Source: Candidatus Pacearchaeota archaeon (lineage in GTDB: Archaea > Nanobdellota > Nanobdellia > Pacearchaeales > GW2011-AR1). Taken from it: 43,027 bases of DNA. Every line of letters begins with the position of its first letter. Within the stretch, counting starts at the first letter, position 1. The notes beneath the pieces are model-generated. The model was not told where the DNA came from and did no database searches. It saw nothing but the letters and a program-made list of their open reading frames with translations. Location: NCBI GenBank assembly GCA_030699205.1, contig JAUYJY010000058.1, positions 1 through 43,027 of the forward strand, given 5' to 3'. Positions 1 to 9,569 of the stretch are shown in pieces. The position numbers were made by a program, and so were the translations under genes.

Positions 1-137
1 CGGAAGAACAAAAAACTGTTCAAAATATGGACAATTCTGTTGATTAGCACAATTGTTTTCAGAATTGTACAGATAGAGAATTCTGGACAAATAGTGTTCC
101 AATTATCAGAATTATCTATATTTTGTCTTCTGCTATA
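1..137 (+). mobile_element. Right half of the 93-bp twin-hairpin element, cut by the window edge and interrupted by a nested insertion
   Basis: 1-27 (cggaagaacaaaaaactgttcaaaata) and 119-137 (tattttgtcttctgctata) match the 3' half of the copies at 11782, 14984, 27624 and 30824. Confidence 0.85.
28..118. mobile_element. Nested 91-bp twin-hairpin MITE-like insertion with TA target duplication
   Basis: The empty site caaaa-TA-ttttgtc in other copies reads caaaaTA[91 bp]TAttttgtc here; ends tggacaattctg / cagaattatcta are 10/12 inverted; internal hairpins at 28-71 and 74-118. Confidence 0.75.
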
Positions 138-239
138 TAATCAAAGTGATTCATCCTCACCCCACTTCTTTAAGAATCTAATAACTCTCCGACGATATCT
201 TAACTACATCTCTTTCATCAGATAATTTATCAGTAAAAT

Positions 240-677
240 TTAATCCAATTTACCCAAATACTCCTTTATTCTTTCCAAAGTATGCGGAATAAGAAACTGT
301 TCAATCTTTTTCTCAAATATTTCAGATAGTGGCTCAAACTCAGACAGGCGATATAAGTTTTGTTTTTTATCCACTAACATCAAATCCCTAAGCCTTTTTA
401 GTTGTCTTCTTATATTGCTTTCAGCAATTCCTCTTTCTTCAAGGGAGTTTTCTTTTCTTATTTTTTTTACCAATTCCTGAATCTCAACAGAAGTTAATTC
501 TTTCCTATCATTTTTAGCATCATCTAAAACAAGAAGAACATCAACAACAACATCTCTTGAATCCCCGGGTTGCAACAACCCAATAGAAAGGCAAATTTTT
601 CTGACCAATTCCCTCTTAGAAGAGCCATAAGGTTTTTCATATTTTCTTAAAGTTATTTCGTGTAATGGAACATCCAT
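240..677 (-). CDS. Hypothetical protein with probable winged-HTH domain (145 aa)
   Basis: Start moved to ATG 677 (MDVPLHEITLRKYEKP); HTH-like LTSVEI...AESNIRRQLKRLRDLMLV; the longer track ORF overlaps the divergent gene. Confidence 0.75.
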   Translation of the reverse strand: MDVPLHEITLRKYEKPYGSSKRELVRKICLSIGLLQPGDSRDVVVDVLLVLDDAKNDRKELTSVEIQELVKKIRKENSLEERGIAESNIRRQLKRLRDLMLVDKKQNLYRLSEFEPLSEIFEKKIEQFLIPHTLERIKEYLGKLD

Positions 678-729
678 AATTTCAGGAGAACAACAATTAT
701 TATAAACCTTCTCCTCACAACATCCTGAA

Positions 730-1083
730 ATGGAATTAGTGGCATTTCTTGGTAACGATAAAGAAACTTGGGGGCAAATTACAGGTTTAATCAATCGGGG
801 AGATTGGGAAAAAATAATTTTAGTAAAATCAAAATCCTCTCCAGATTTTTCTTCCACAAAAAAAACCGAAACAATAATAGTAGACACAACAAAACCCTTA
901 ACAGAATTAAAGGAAGAAATCCTTCAAAAATTAAAGCCAAAACTTTCAGGTTTTGAAGCCCATTTATCAATCGCTTCAGGCAATGGAAAAGAGCATATGG
1001 CACTAATCTCTGCATTATTGTCCCTCCCTGTAGGAATACGTTTAGTAGTATTCACAAAAAACGGAGTTGAGGTTATTAACTAA
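730..1083 (+). CDS. Hypothetical protein (117 aa)
   Basis: Clean ATG ORF divergent from 677 with a TATA-like ttataaa between them; alpha/beta pattern with SIASGNGKEHMAL. Confidence 0.75.
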   Translation: MELVAFLGNDKETWGQITGLINRGDWEKIILVKSKSSPDFSSTKKTETIIVDTTKPLTELKEEILQKLKPKLSGFEAHLSIASGNGKEHMALISALLSLPVGIRLVVFTKNGVEVIN

Positions 1084-1113
1084 ACTTAAATAATCAATAT
1101 CCAAACTATTTCC

Positions 1114-1491
1114 ATGACCTTAAAAGAAAAATTAACAGCTGCAATATTAGCATTATCTATTGGTTTAACTGGATGTGCTTCACAGCCGCAAAATCAATCA
1201 ATACCTGAGCAAAGAAGTGCTTTAGGATTTAAGCTCAAAAGCACGAGGGAAAATTCTTCGGATATAAACCCCTCTGGTCCAGGTATAATTTTTGCAGATA
1301 TAGGCGGAGATGGTCGCCCAGATAGGGTTTACCAAATTGGTGGGGAAGTAAAATATGAACCTCTTGCAACTGGGTCATCAAGGAAAATAATATCCTTGCA
1401 AGGTGATGAAACTCTTGTTAATGCATATTCAACAGGAAGTGGATTTGCAATTCAAACATCAACAAGAACTTACTTTTTCACAAATAATTAA
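1114..1491 (+). CDS. Putative lipoprotein / exported protein
   Basis: Basic N-terminus, hydrophobic stretch and lipobox-like LTGC. Confidence 0.65.
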   Translation: MTLKEKLTAAILALSIGLTGCASQPQNQSIPEQRSALGFKLKSTRENSSDINPSGPGIIFADIGGDGRPDRVYQIGGEVKYEPLATGSSRKIISLQGDETLVNAYSTGSGFAIQTSTRTYFFTNN

Positions 1492-1821
1492 AATTTGCAC
1501 CGCACCAAGTTTGCCAAAGTATATATTTAATATCATAAAATAACGCCAATAAATAATAAAGAGATTATTGCATAAACAAATTAAAATTGGCTTAATTTAA
1601 AAAACACCATCAATAAAAGTTTTAAAGTATCATACTTTATCGCCTATAAATTATTATTTGTTAATTAATTATAAAAATATTTCACACATTTCAGTTATAA
1701 AAACTATTTTTAAGCAATTTATCATCGGAAATCATCAAAAATCTATTTGCATTTAGATTATTTCCCTCGTTTTATCAAATATTAATTTATAAATTTTAGT
1801 TCATAAATACCCCAAATCACA

Positions 1822-3234
1822 TTAGAATAAATTAAGAAACCACTTAGCCATCATTAATACAACTAAAAGTAAAATAAACCACGTCACAATTGCATAGGCT
1901 TTCTTTCCTATTTTTTCTTTTCCAGTAATTCCCCATATTGTGATATAAAAGAATCTTCCCCCATCTAAAATTGATACGGGAAGCATATTCATCAAAGCAA
2001 CCAGTATGTTAATAACAATAATCCACCATAATAAATCATATATGAAGACTACAAAATCGCCGTCCCACGTTGCTTCATAATACACATTTGGCTGTTTTAC
2101 TTTAGAAAAGATAGAATAAATCTTCCCTGAAAATCCCCCTCTTTCTTGAGAATAAAATCCAACTCCTAAATAGGCTTTTCCATTTTTATCTCCAAGAATT
2201 ACATCGTACACTACTTCTCCCGAGCTTTGTATTGTAATAATCTTAACCTGTTCGTTCGGAGAATAATTTTCAAGAGCATTAATTAAGTCTTTGTGACTCT
2301 TAACTTCATAATCTCCTATCTTCTTAATTGCACCTTCTAACCTTGAATTTATTGCAGGAGAATTTTCAAAACCGACAATTTGCTCATTATTCAATAAAAC
2401 TTCTTCGGTAAGAAGCCCATTTGGAATCAAAACAATTTCTCCCGAATCCAGAGTAATTCTATTTAATCCTTCTTCTGCAAAACTTGGAATTTCTCCGATG
2501 GTTTCCAATGTAACATTTCCAATCATTGTGATACTTGAAACATTAACTATTGTTTGAGCATATGTGTTAAACTCAAGCCCTGCAGGTGCAAAGCTCAAGG
2601 CAAAAAAGCCCCACATAATTAATCCAAATAAAATTGTCATAACCATATTAGCAAATGTTCCGGCTCCTAAAATACTCAATTGTTTGAACTTTCCCGATTT
2701 TTCCATTTGTTTTTCATCAGGCTCTACAAAAGCTCCAAAGAAAGGTCCAAAAAATGCAAGACCTGTCGTTTTAACTTTAATCTTCCAGAGTCTTGCGAAA
2801 ATCCCGTGAGAAAATTCGTGAGAGACTGCAACAATCGCCAGAGCAATCAAGAAATATGTAAAATACAAAGGAGGAAATAAAGATTCTAAATTAAATATTT
2901 TAGGAAAATAAGGAATTAAAGGTGCTATTGGGGGAAGTCCTTGTAATTCTGTTGGTATTGGTTGAGTCACATAAACCCAAACAGTCTTAGTCAAAAGCCA
3001 CAAAATTCCCGCCATTAATGCATACCCTGAAGCAATAACCACATAACTCAACGGCTTCAATATTCTCTCAAACTTTTTAGCAGTCCATTCAATAAACTTT
3101 ATTCCTACCTTGCTGTGATATAAAAAAATCCACCCATGCCTCTTAACATTCTTTTTATTTCTATAAAAAAACCATCCTGCCAGAATCCCGAACAAAATCA
3201 GGAACACTATGTCATATACAAAAAAACTAACCAC
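1822..3234 (-). CDS. Site-2 (M50) intramembrane metalloprotease with PDZ-like insert
   Basis: HEFSH zinc motif, GAFVEPDE, NMLPVSILDGG, multiple TM segments. Confidence 0.92.
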   Translation of the reverse strand: MVSFFVYDIVFLILFGILAGWFFYRNKKNVKRHGWIFLYHSKVGIKFIEWTAKKFERILKPLSYVVIASGYALMAGILWLLTKTVWVYVTQPIPTELQGLPPIAPLIPYFPKIFNLESLFPPLYFTYFLIALAIVAVSHEFSHGIFARLWKIKVKTTGLAFFGPFFGAFVEPDEKQMEKSGKFKQLSILGAGTFANMVMTILFGLIMWGFFALSFAPAGLEFNTYAQTIVNVSSITMIGNVTLETIGEIPSFAEEGLNRITLDSGEIVLIPNGLLTEEVLLNNEQIVGFENSPAINSRLEGAIKKIGDYEVKSHKDLINALENYSPNEQVKIITIQSSGEVVYDVILGDKNGKAYLGVGFYSQERGGFSGKIYSIFSKVKQPNVYYEATWDGDFVVFIYDLLWWIIVINILVALMNMLPVSILDGGRFFYITIWGITGKEKIGKKAYAIVTWFILLLVVLMMAKWFLNLF

Positions 3235-3246
3235 TTTTTATACCCA

Positions 3247-3417
3247 TTATTTTTTCTTAGACTTTATCGGCCTAAAATTATGTTTACTGCATCTTCTGCA
3301 TTTTACCGTCCGTGCTATAACTTTTAACGAAGTTGTTTTCATCTTTTGTCCGCAGTTTTTACATACATAAACATTCTTAAAAAGTCTGTTTTGTGCCGCT
3401 GGTATTTTTGTTGCCAT
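3247..3417 (-). CDS. rpl40e: Ribosomal protein eL40 (L40e), 56 aa, absent from the ORF track
   Basis: Hand translation MATKIPAAQNRLFKNVYVCKNCGQKMKTTSLKVIARTVKCRRCSKHNFRPIKSKKK; two CxxC; abuts the aIF5A stop. Confidence 0.8.
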   Translation of the reverse strand: MATKIPAAQNRLFKNVYVCKNCGQKMKTTSLKVIARTVKCRRCSKHNFRPIKSKKK

Positions 3418-3807
3418 TTATAAAATCCTCATTATTAATTTTTCTCCCTCTATATCCCAATATTCTACTTGTTTTCCTTCCTCAATCTGGTTTCTTAATT
3501 CTTCTGCAAAAGACAGCTCAAGAGTTTCAAAACTTTCAAGGTCCATTACACTTACCTTATCGCCTGAAACGCCTAATACTTGGGCTTTTTTCTTCTCTAC
3601 CAATGGAACCTCTAATTTTTCATCTCCGGGAATAACTCCAATTCTTTTCTTATTATCAAATATGCCCACAACTTCCATTCTGCATTTGGTGTGTCCGTGC
3701 TTCCCTGTTTTGCTATGGTCGCTGGACTTTACAGTGCAAGCCACCCCTTCCCATAAAATAACTGTCCCCGATTTTGCAGTGGCAGCCGATATTAATTTTA
3801 AAACCAT
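3418..3807 (-). CDS. eif5a: Translation factor aIF5A
   Basis: Hypusine-site motif SKTGKHG; C-terminal OB fold with VMDLESFET. Confidence 0.93.
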   Translation of the reverse strand: MVLKLISAATAKSGTVILWEGVACTVKSSDHSKTGKHGHTKCRMEVVGIFDNKKRIGVIPGDEKLEVPLVEKKKAQVLGVSGDKVSVMDLESFETLELSFAEELRNQIEEGKQVEYWDIEGEKLIMRIL

Positions 3808-3855
3808 ACCAAAAAGTTACAAGAAATATTTATAAAACCTTCTACTCGCATACTA

Positions 3856-4548
3856 ATGATGGAAAACACTGAAATAGTAAGAAAAAAGGATTTCATAGAA
3901 TTAAAATTTACGGGATATTCTAATGGAAATATATTTGATTCAAATATCCCCGAAGATTTAAAATCCCTTTCACCAGATGCAAAACCTGAAAAAACAATAG
4001 TTATCGTCGGGGAAAATATGATTGTTCCGGGATTTGACAAGGCATTGGAAGGAAAGGAATTAAACAAAGAGTATGAAATAGAAATTCCCTATTTAGATGG
4101 TTTTGGGCAAAGAAGAAGGGAATTAGTAAAAACTATTCCCCTAAACGTTTTCAGAAGCCAAAATATCAATCCGAAGCCCGGAGCCGCATTACTTTTAGAT
4201 AATCAGTTTGCAAGAGTAATCACAATATCCGGAGCAAGGGTAATAACCGATTTTAATAATCCTCTTTCAGGAAAAGATTTGAAATACAAATTTATCATAA
4301 CTCGAAAAGTAATTGATTTAAATGAAAAGTCAGAGGCATTCTTTCAATTCTTTTTAAGATTCAAACCAGATTTTGAAATTTCAGAAACAGCAGTGTTTGT
4401 AAAAGGTCCCCAAATATTTGAACAGATGATTAATTTGCAAAAAGAAAAATTCAAAGATTTAATAGGAAAAGATTTAGAGTTTAAACTTGAAGAAAAAAGA
4501 TCTGCACAGGAATCAAATAATGAATCTCCCGAAAACACTCCAAAATAG
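3856..4548 (+). CDS. slyD: FKBP-type peptidyl-prolyl isomerase (long archaeal SlyD-like)
   Basis: IFDSN, IVPGFDKAL, DFNNPLSGKDL motifs. Confidence 0.9.
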   Translation: MMENTEIVRKKDFIELKFTGYSNGNIFDSNIPEDLKSLSPDAKPEKTIVIVGENMIVPGFDKALEGKELNKEYEIEIPYLDGFGQRRRELVKTIPLNVFRSQNINPKPGAALLLDNQFARVITISGARVITDFNNPLSGKDLKYKFIITRKVIDLNEKSEAFFQFFLRFKPDFEISETAVFVKGPQIFEQMINLQKEKFKDLIGKDLEFKLEEKRSAQESNNESPENTPK

Positions 4549-4615
4549 AACTACGTTTAATTACACTTCAGATTAGTATAATAATCCTTATAAAGAAATC
4601 TCATTTTCATATTAA

Positions 4616-5704
4616 ATGCCAGACATTACAATAGAATCGCACATAAACAATAACAGTTCTATAGACCAAGAATTAGAATCTTTATTGGAAAAACAATCTA
4701 CGAGAGTAAAGGTAATTGGTATTGGCGGGGGTGGAAATAATTCCGTTTCAAGGATGAAAGAAATAGGGATAAAAGGTTGCGAAGTAATCGCAGTAAATAC
4801 AGATGCACAGGATTTATTATATGCAAATGTTGATTCCAAAATACTTATTGGAAGAGAATTAACTGCAGGTCTTGGTGCAGGAAGCAATCCCAAAATCGGA
4901 GAAGAAGCGGCAAGAGAATCAGAACAGGAAATAAAGAAAAAATTATCAAATTCAGACCTCGTATTTGTAACCTGCGGGCTTGGAGGGGGTACCGGAACAG
5001 GTGCAATTTCAGTAATCGCAGATATTGCAAAAAAACAAGGGGCGTTAGTTATAGGAGTGGTTACTCTTCCATTTACTGTCGAAGGCCAAAAAAGAATAGA
5101 AAACGCCCAATATGGGCTGGAAACCCTAGAATCCATAGTGGATACTTTAATTGTCATACCAAATGATAAATTATTAGAATTAGCTCCCGAACTTCCAATA
5201 CAAACGGCTTTCAAGGTAGCAGATGAAATACTAACAAATTCGGTTAAGGGAATAGCGGAATTAATTACCTCTTCAGGATTAGTAAACTTAGACTTTGCAG
5301 ACGTAAAAGCAGTAATGTCAAACGGGGGAGTTTCTTTAATAGGCATAGGAGAATCAGACAGTTCTCAAAATAGGGCAATTGAAGCAGTAGAAAGGGCAAT
5401 TCACAATCCATTGCTTGATGTGAGTATAGATAAAGCAAAAGGGGCATTAGTAAATGTCATAGGCGGACCAGATATGTCTTTAGACGAATATAGAAAAGTA
5501 ATGGAGGAAATAAACAACAGAGTTGCTCCTGATGCAAAAATAATTTCAGGTGCAAAAATTTCCGCAGATATGGAAAAATCACTAAAAGTTTTATTGATAG
5601 TAACCGGGGTGCAAAGCTCACAAATCCTCGGCTCTTCGCAAAGGTTTACTAATAAGGAATCAACTATCGACGAAGAATTAGGAATAAGGTTTTTAAGAGA
5701 TTAA
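4616..5704 (+). CDS. ftsZ: Cell division protein FtsZ
   Basis: GIGGGGNN, NTDAQDL, GLGGGTGTG, NLDFADV. Confidence 0.98.
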   Translation: MPDITIESHINNNSSIDQELESLLEKQSTRVKVIGIGGGGNNSVSRMKEIGIKGCEVIAVNTDAQDLLYANVDSKILIGRELTAGLGAGSNPKIGEEAARESEQEIKKKLSNSDLVFVTCGLGGGTGTGAISVIADIAKKQGALVIGVVTLPFTVEGQKRIENAQYGLETLESIVDTLIVIPNDKLLELAPELPIQTAFKVADEILTNSVKGIAELITSSGLVNLDFADVKAVMSNGGVSLIGIGESDSSQNRAIEAVERAIHNPLLDVSIDKAKGALVNVIGGPDMSLDEYRKVMEEINNRVAPDAKIISGAKISADMEKSLKVLLIVTGVQSSQILGSSQRFTNKESTIDEELGIRFLRD

Positions 5705-5825
5705 TAAGCCCACACAATTAATCGCAAAATCAAATAATCACATTATTTGTAAACTTAAAAAACTTAAACCTTCAATTAAAAAGCTCAATGAACAATTTTA
5801 AAAACTCTTCATTTCTTTAACATTC

Positions 5826-5993
5826 ATGGGAAAGCTAAAATCATTTATTGCACAATCTGTAAGAGTTTGGAGAATTTTAAAGAAGCCGACAAAACAAGAA
5901 TTCAGTTTAATCTCCAAAGTTTCGGCAATAGGAATTCTTGTCTTGGGCATTATAGGTTTTTTAATTTCATTAGTTGTGAAAGCTTTCAATTAA
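5826..5993 (+). CDS. secE: Protein translocase SecE / Sec61-gamma, 55 aa, absent from the ORF track
   Basis: Hand translation MGKLKSFIAQSVRVWRILKKPTKQEFSLISKVSAIGILVLGIIGFLISLVVKAFN; canonical ftsZ-secE-spt5-rpl11 order. Confidence 0.92.
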   Translation: MGKLKSFIAQSVRVWRILKKPTKQEFSLISKVSAIGILVLGIIGFLISLVVKAFN

Positions 5994-6074
5994 CGCCACA
6001 GAAACTTTTATAAACCATCCAAAACCCTTAAAACCACTACTTCTTTAATATCAAGAGGTAGTTGGAACTGAAAA

Positions 6075-6548
6075 ATGATATTTATTGTAAAAGTCACAAC
6101 AAATAAAGAAGAAAAAGCTCTTGAAATGATTTATGACAGAGCTATAAAAAAGAATCTTTCTGTTTATGCAATAGTAAGACCTCACGGATTAAAGGGTTAT
6201 ATTATCCTCGAGGCGGCAGACAGAGATTCTGCAGAAGAATCCTCTTTTAATCTTCCCTATGTGAAAGGCATAATCGGAAAAACGGTTTCATATGACGAAG
6301 TTAAAAATATACTTCAGCCAGAAGCAGAAGATTTTAATATAGAAGTAGGCGACATTGTCGAGATGATTGCAGACCACTTCAAAAATGAAAAAGGAAAAGT
6401 TATGAGAATTGACAAGAAGAAGGGAGAAGTTGTAGTTTCATTATTGGGTGCCGCAGTTCCAATTCCAGTAACTGTAAAAATGGATAATATAAGAGTTGTA
6501 AGAAGAGAAAAGGAAGAGGAAGAGGAGGAAGAAAATGCCTATAATTAA
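6075..6548 (+). CDS. spt5: Transcription elongation factor Spt5 (NusG family)
   Basis: NGN domain (LKGYIILEA) plus KOW (EVGDIVEMIADHFKNEKGKV); PIPVTV. Confidence 0.93.
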   Translation: MIFIVKVTTNKEEKALEMIYDRAIKKNLSVYAIVRPHGLKGYIILEAADRDSAEESSFNLPYVKGIIGKTVSYDEVKNILQPEAEDFNIEVGDIVEMIADHFKNEKGKVMRIDKKKGEVVVSLLGAAVPIPVTVKMDNIRVVRREKEEEEEEENAYN

Positions 6549-7230
6549 ACTGATTGTTGAAGGCGGAGCAATGAAGCCGGGACCAACAGTAGCACAGCAA
6601 CTTGGTCCAATGGGAGTCAATTTAGGAAAAGTTATAGAAGATGTAAATAAAGAAACGCAAGGATTCAAGGGAATGAAAGTTCCGGTAGAATTAGATGTTG
6701 ATAGTAAAACAAAAAATTACAAAATAAAAGTTTATTCGCCTCCGGTTTCAGAACTGATAAAAAAAGAATTAAAGATTGACAAAGGTTCGGGACGTCCGAG
6801 CGACACAAAAGCAGGGAATCTTTCAATTGAGCAGACAATATTAATTGCAAAAACAAAAATGCCTGGTATGCTTGCCAAAGATTTAAAGGCGGCAGTAAAG
6901 CTCGTCGCTGGCTCTTGTGTTTCTATTGGAGTCCTCATAGAAAGTAAAAGTCCTCAGGAAGTGATTGCAGAAATTAACTCTGGAAATTATGACTCTGAAA
7001 TTAATCAGGAAAAAACAGAAGTTTCTCAGGAAAAGAGAAAAGAACTTGATAATTACTTCAATGAGATAAAATCCAAACAAGAGGCATTAGCAAAAGCGGC
7101 TGAAGAAGCTAAAGCGGCTGAAGAAGCGGCAAAAGCAGAAGCAACGACAACGGTTGCGAAACCAGAAGAAAAGAAAGAAGAGAAGAAGGAAGAAAAGAAA
7201 CCAGAAAAGAAACCGGCGTCCAAGAAATAA
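6535..7230 (+). CDS. rpl11: Ribosomal protein uL11 with a long Ala/Glu/Lys C-terminal tail
   Basis: VEGGAMKPGP, LGPMGVN, FKGMKVPV, PPVSELIKKEL. Confidence 0.95.
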   Translation: MPIIKLIVEGGAMKPGPTVAQQLGPMGVNLGKVIEDVNKETQGFKGMKVPVELDVDSKTKNYKIKVYSPPVSELIKKELKIDKGSGRPSDTKAGNLSIEQTILIAKTKMPGMLAKDLKAAVKLVAGSCVSIGVLIESKSPQEVIAEINSGNYDSEINQEKTEVSQEKRKELDNYFNEIKSKQEALAKAAEEAKAAEEAAKAEATTTVAKPEEKKEEKKEEKKPEKKPASKK

Positions 7231-7261
7231 TTTAAATACCTTCATTTATCATTTTAAATAA

Positions 7262-7335
7262 GGGGCCGTAGTATAGTCTGGTTAGTATCCGAGGTTTGGG
7301 ACTTCGTGACCCCGGTTCAAATCCGGGCGGCCCCA
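7262..7335 (+). tRNA. tRNA-Pro(UGG), no intron, CCA not encoded
   Basis: Acceptor GGGGCCG/CGGCCCC; anticodon arm cgagg-tttggga-cttcg; T arm cccggttcaaatccggg. Confidence 0.95.
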
Positions 7336-7386
7336 TTTATATTAAATACCAAAATTTAAAAAGCATTATCCAAGTAATTAATTAAT

Positions 7387-7608
7387 ATGGCAGCAAAGAA
7401 AAAGAAAATAAAAGCATCAGGTCGTTTTGGTGCAGGATATGGAACAAGAGTCAGAAAGAAACTTAACGCTGTAGAAAGTTTGCAAAGAAAAAAACAAAAA
7501 TGTCCTTTCTGCACTAAATCAGGAGTCAAAAGACAAGCAGTCGGAATATGGAATTGCGAAAAATGCGGAAAAACATTTGCATCTAAAGCATATTCAATAA
7601 ACCCTTAA
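7387..7608 (+). CDS. rpl37ae: Ribosomal protein eL43 (L37ae)
   Basis: GRFGAGYG, CPFC, GIWNCEKC. Confidence 0.95.
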   Translation: MAAKKKKIKASGRFGAGYGTRVRKKLNAVESLQRKKQKCPFCTKSGVKRQAVGIWNCEKCGKTFASKAYSINP

Positions 7609-7637
7609 ACTTAAAAACCCACAAAACACAAATAATT

Positions 7638-7775
7638 ATGGCACAATATAAATGCTTCAAATGCGGGAAAACAACAACAAACAAAATACTTGAAAAGAGA
7701 TTTAATTGTCCTGCGTGCAATTCAAAAATTTTCTACAAGCCAAGAAAGCATATAGTAAAAATAAAGGCAATTTAA
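7638..7775 (+). CDS. rpoP: RNA polymerase subunit Rpo12 (RpoP), 45 aa, absent from the ORF track
   Basis: Hand translation MAQYKCFKCGKTTTNKILEKRFNCPACNSKIFYKPRKHIVKIKAI; lies between rpl37ae and prefoldin beta. Confidence 0.9.
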   Translation: MAQYKCFKCGKTTTNKILEKRFNCPACNSKIFYKPRKHIVKIKAI

Positions 7776-8129
7776 ATGGAATTAAATCAGGAATCACAGG
7801 AAAAACTGCAAGAGCTTCAGATTTTAGAGAACAACTTGCAGAATGTTTTAATGCAAAAACAAGCTTTCCAGATGGAATTAGGTGAAACTATCAATGCGTT
7901 AGAAGAAATTAAAAACACGAATGAATCCATCTATAAATTAGTCGGCACAATTATGATTAAAGCTGACAAAGAAAAAACTCTTGAAAGTTTGGGGGAAAAA
8001 AAGAGAATTCTTGAATTGAGAAATGAATCCTTAGACAAACAAGAAAGGCTTTTCGAAGCAAAAGCAAAAGAAATTCAGGGATTTCTTAGAAATGCAATAA
8101 ACGAGAAAAATATTGAAAAGAAAGAATAG
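7776..8129 (+). CDS. pfdB: Prefoldin beta subunit
   Basis: Coiled coils flanking the IYKLVGTIMIK hairpin; synteny. Confidence 0.92.
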   Translation: MELNQESQEKLQELQILENNLQNVLMQKQAFQMELGETINALEEIKNTNESIYKLVGTIMIKADKEKTLESLGEKKRILELRNESLDKQERLFEAKAKEIQGFLRNAINEKNIEKKE

Positions 8130-8242
8130 GATTTATTAAAAATAATCAGATTAATTCAAAGAGATAACTTAATGCAGTTTTAACAAATACTTATATCCCA
8201 AAATACGATAATATTTATATACTAACCCGCTTAGTTCAAAGC

Positions 8243-8623
8243 ATGGCCTTCGATATAAAAAAGATGTTTGGTAAAAATGAAGTTTCAGAAGATTATGTAG
8301 AAATAGATTTAAACCAAGGACAGCAGAAAAAAGAAAAAATTAGAGTAAGACCATTTACTCTTAAAAAATATGACGATGTTAACGAGGTTCTTGAGGCACT
8401 AAGAGAAGGATATTCCATTGCAGTAATCGATATCAGACCCTTAAAATCAAAAGACATTATTGAATTAAAAAGAGCAATCACCAAGATAAAGAAAACCGTA
8501 GATGCTTTAGAAGGTTCAATTGCAGGTTTCGGAGACCATTCAATTATAGCAACTCCTGAATTCGCAGAAGTTTATAAAGCTCCCGCAAAACCACAAAAAA
8601 AAGACGATTTAAGCTTTTATTAA
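8243..8623 (+). CDS. sepF: Archaeal SepF-family cell division protein
   Basis: DYVEID, LREGYSIAVIDI, GSIAGFGDHSIIATP. Confidence 0.8.
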   Translation: MAFDIKKMFGKNEVSEDYVEIDLNQGQQKKEKIRVRPFTLKKYDDVNEVLEALREGYSIAVIDIRPLKSKDIIELKRAITKIKKTVDALEGSIAGFGDHSIIATPEFAEVYKAPAKPQKKDDLSFY

Positions 8624-9078
8624 TTTATTAAAAACGCAAGCGATTGCGTGAAATATAAACCAATTTTTAATTTTAGGATGTTATGTTCCAAATGCTTTCA
8701 ATGTGTTTTTAAATCGTGTGTAAATGTGTAATTCTGTAAGTTATTATCTCAAATTACCCAATTAAGTTGTCCGCCCACTATTAATAAAATATTTAGCAAT
8801 TAATGATTTAACTAACCAACTTTTTGATAATTGCCTGCGATATATTTTTAAAAATCTGTCCTGCAAGATAAAATTCTAACCTTTATTATATCCGCGGTTA
8901 ATTAATCAATCTTTAAAGGTGATAAAATATAATATCTTGAAAGTATTATTAATGTTAATATTTGAATAAAATCAATTTTAGTTCGTATTTTCCCTAATCT
9001 CTGAATATTTCAGCAACTTTCCCCCATTCAAATAATTTCTATCAAACTAACAATTTCAATTTAAACTTCTCTATAATT

Positions 9079-9456
9079 TTAACTCTGGCTAATAGAAAAC
9101 AAACTTTTTATTGCAACTACAATTGTTGCAGGAACTAACAACACCAATAATGCCCCGAGTGTAGAACTCACCAAATCTCCCACATCAAGTCCAATAATTT
9201 CTGCATCTTTCAATCCCTGCAATCCTTCAAGACCCGCAAAACTAACAATAACTAACGAAACCGCCGCAAACAAAAATGTATTAACGTCCTTTGAAGAAAC
9301 ATTAACAAATCCAACAATCAATCCAAGCACAACTAAAATTCCAGAAATCACAGGACTCAACACTCCAAAACTTAAAAGACCAACCCCCAAAGCAAGAATA
9401 ACGCCGACGAGAAATGCCCAAGCACCAAGCAAGTTTTCTTTAGATCTAATGGCCAT
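9079..9456 (-). CDS. Small multi-pass membrane protein of unknown function
   Basis: About four hydrophobic helices; GAWAFLVG, GLIVGFVNV. Confidence 0.8.
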   Translation of the reverse strand: MAIRSKENLLGAWAFLVGVILALGVGLLSFGVLSPVISGILVVLGLIVGFVNVSSKDVNTFLFAAVSLVIVSFAGLEGLQGLKDAEIIGLDVGDLVSSTLGALLVLLVPATIVVAIKSLFSISQS

Positions 9457-9569
9457 TTGTCCTCAATAAAAAGAGCAAATCATATATATAAATTTTGTGC
9501 AAGCACGCAAAGTTCGTTTAAACCGAAACATTTAAATATGTGTGTAATCAAAAAGTTACAACGAAAAAA

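Noticed and set aside
40..225. 61-aa ORF
   Set aside because: Runs through nested repeat elements from a TTG start; no protein features
678..887. N-terminal extension of the 215-aa track ORF
   Set aside because: Overlaps the divergent gene 730-1083 and the shared promoter; ATG 677 is more plausible
4612..5346. 244-aa ORF antisense to ftsZ (likewise 22302-22793, 26086-26496, 31019-31591 and other shadows)
   Set aside because: Antisense shadows of well-supported genes with no motifs of their own
8630..9070. Possible decayed gene in a 450-bp gap
   Set aside because: Only short broken minus-strand frames; no family could be supported by eye
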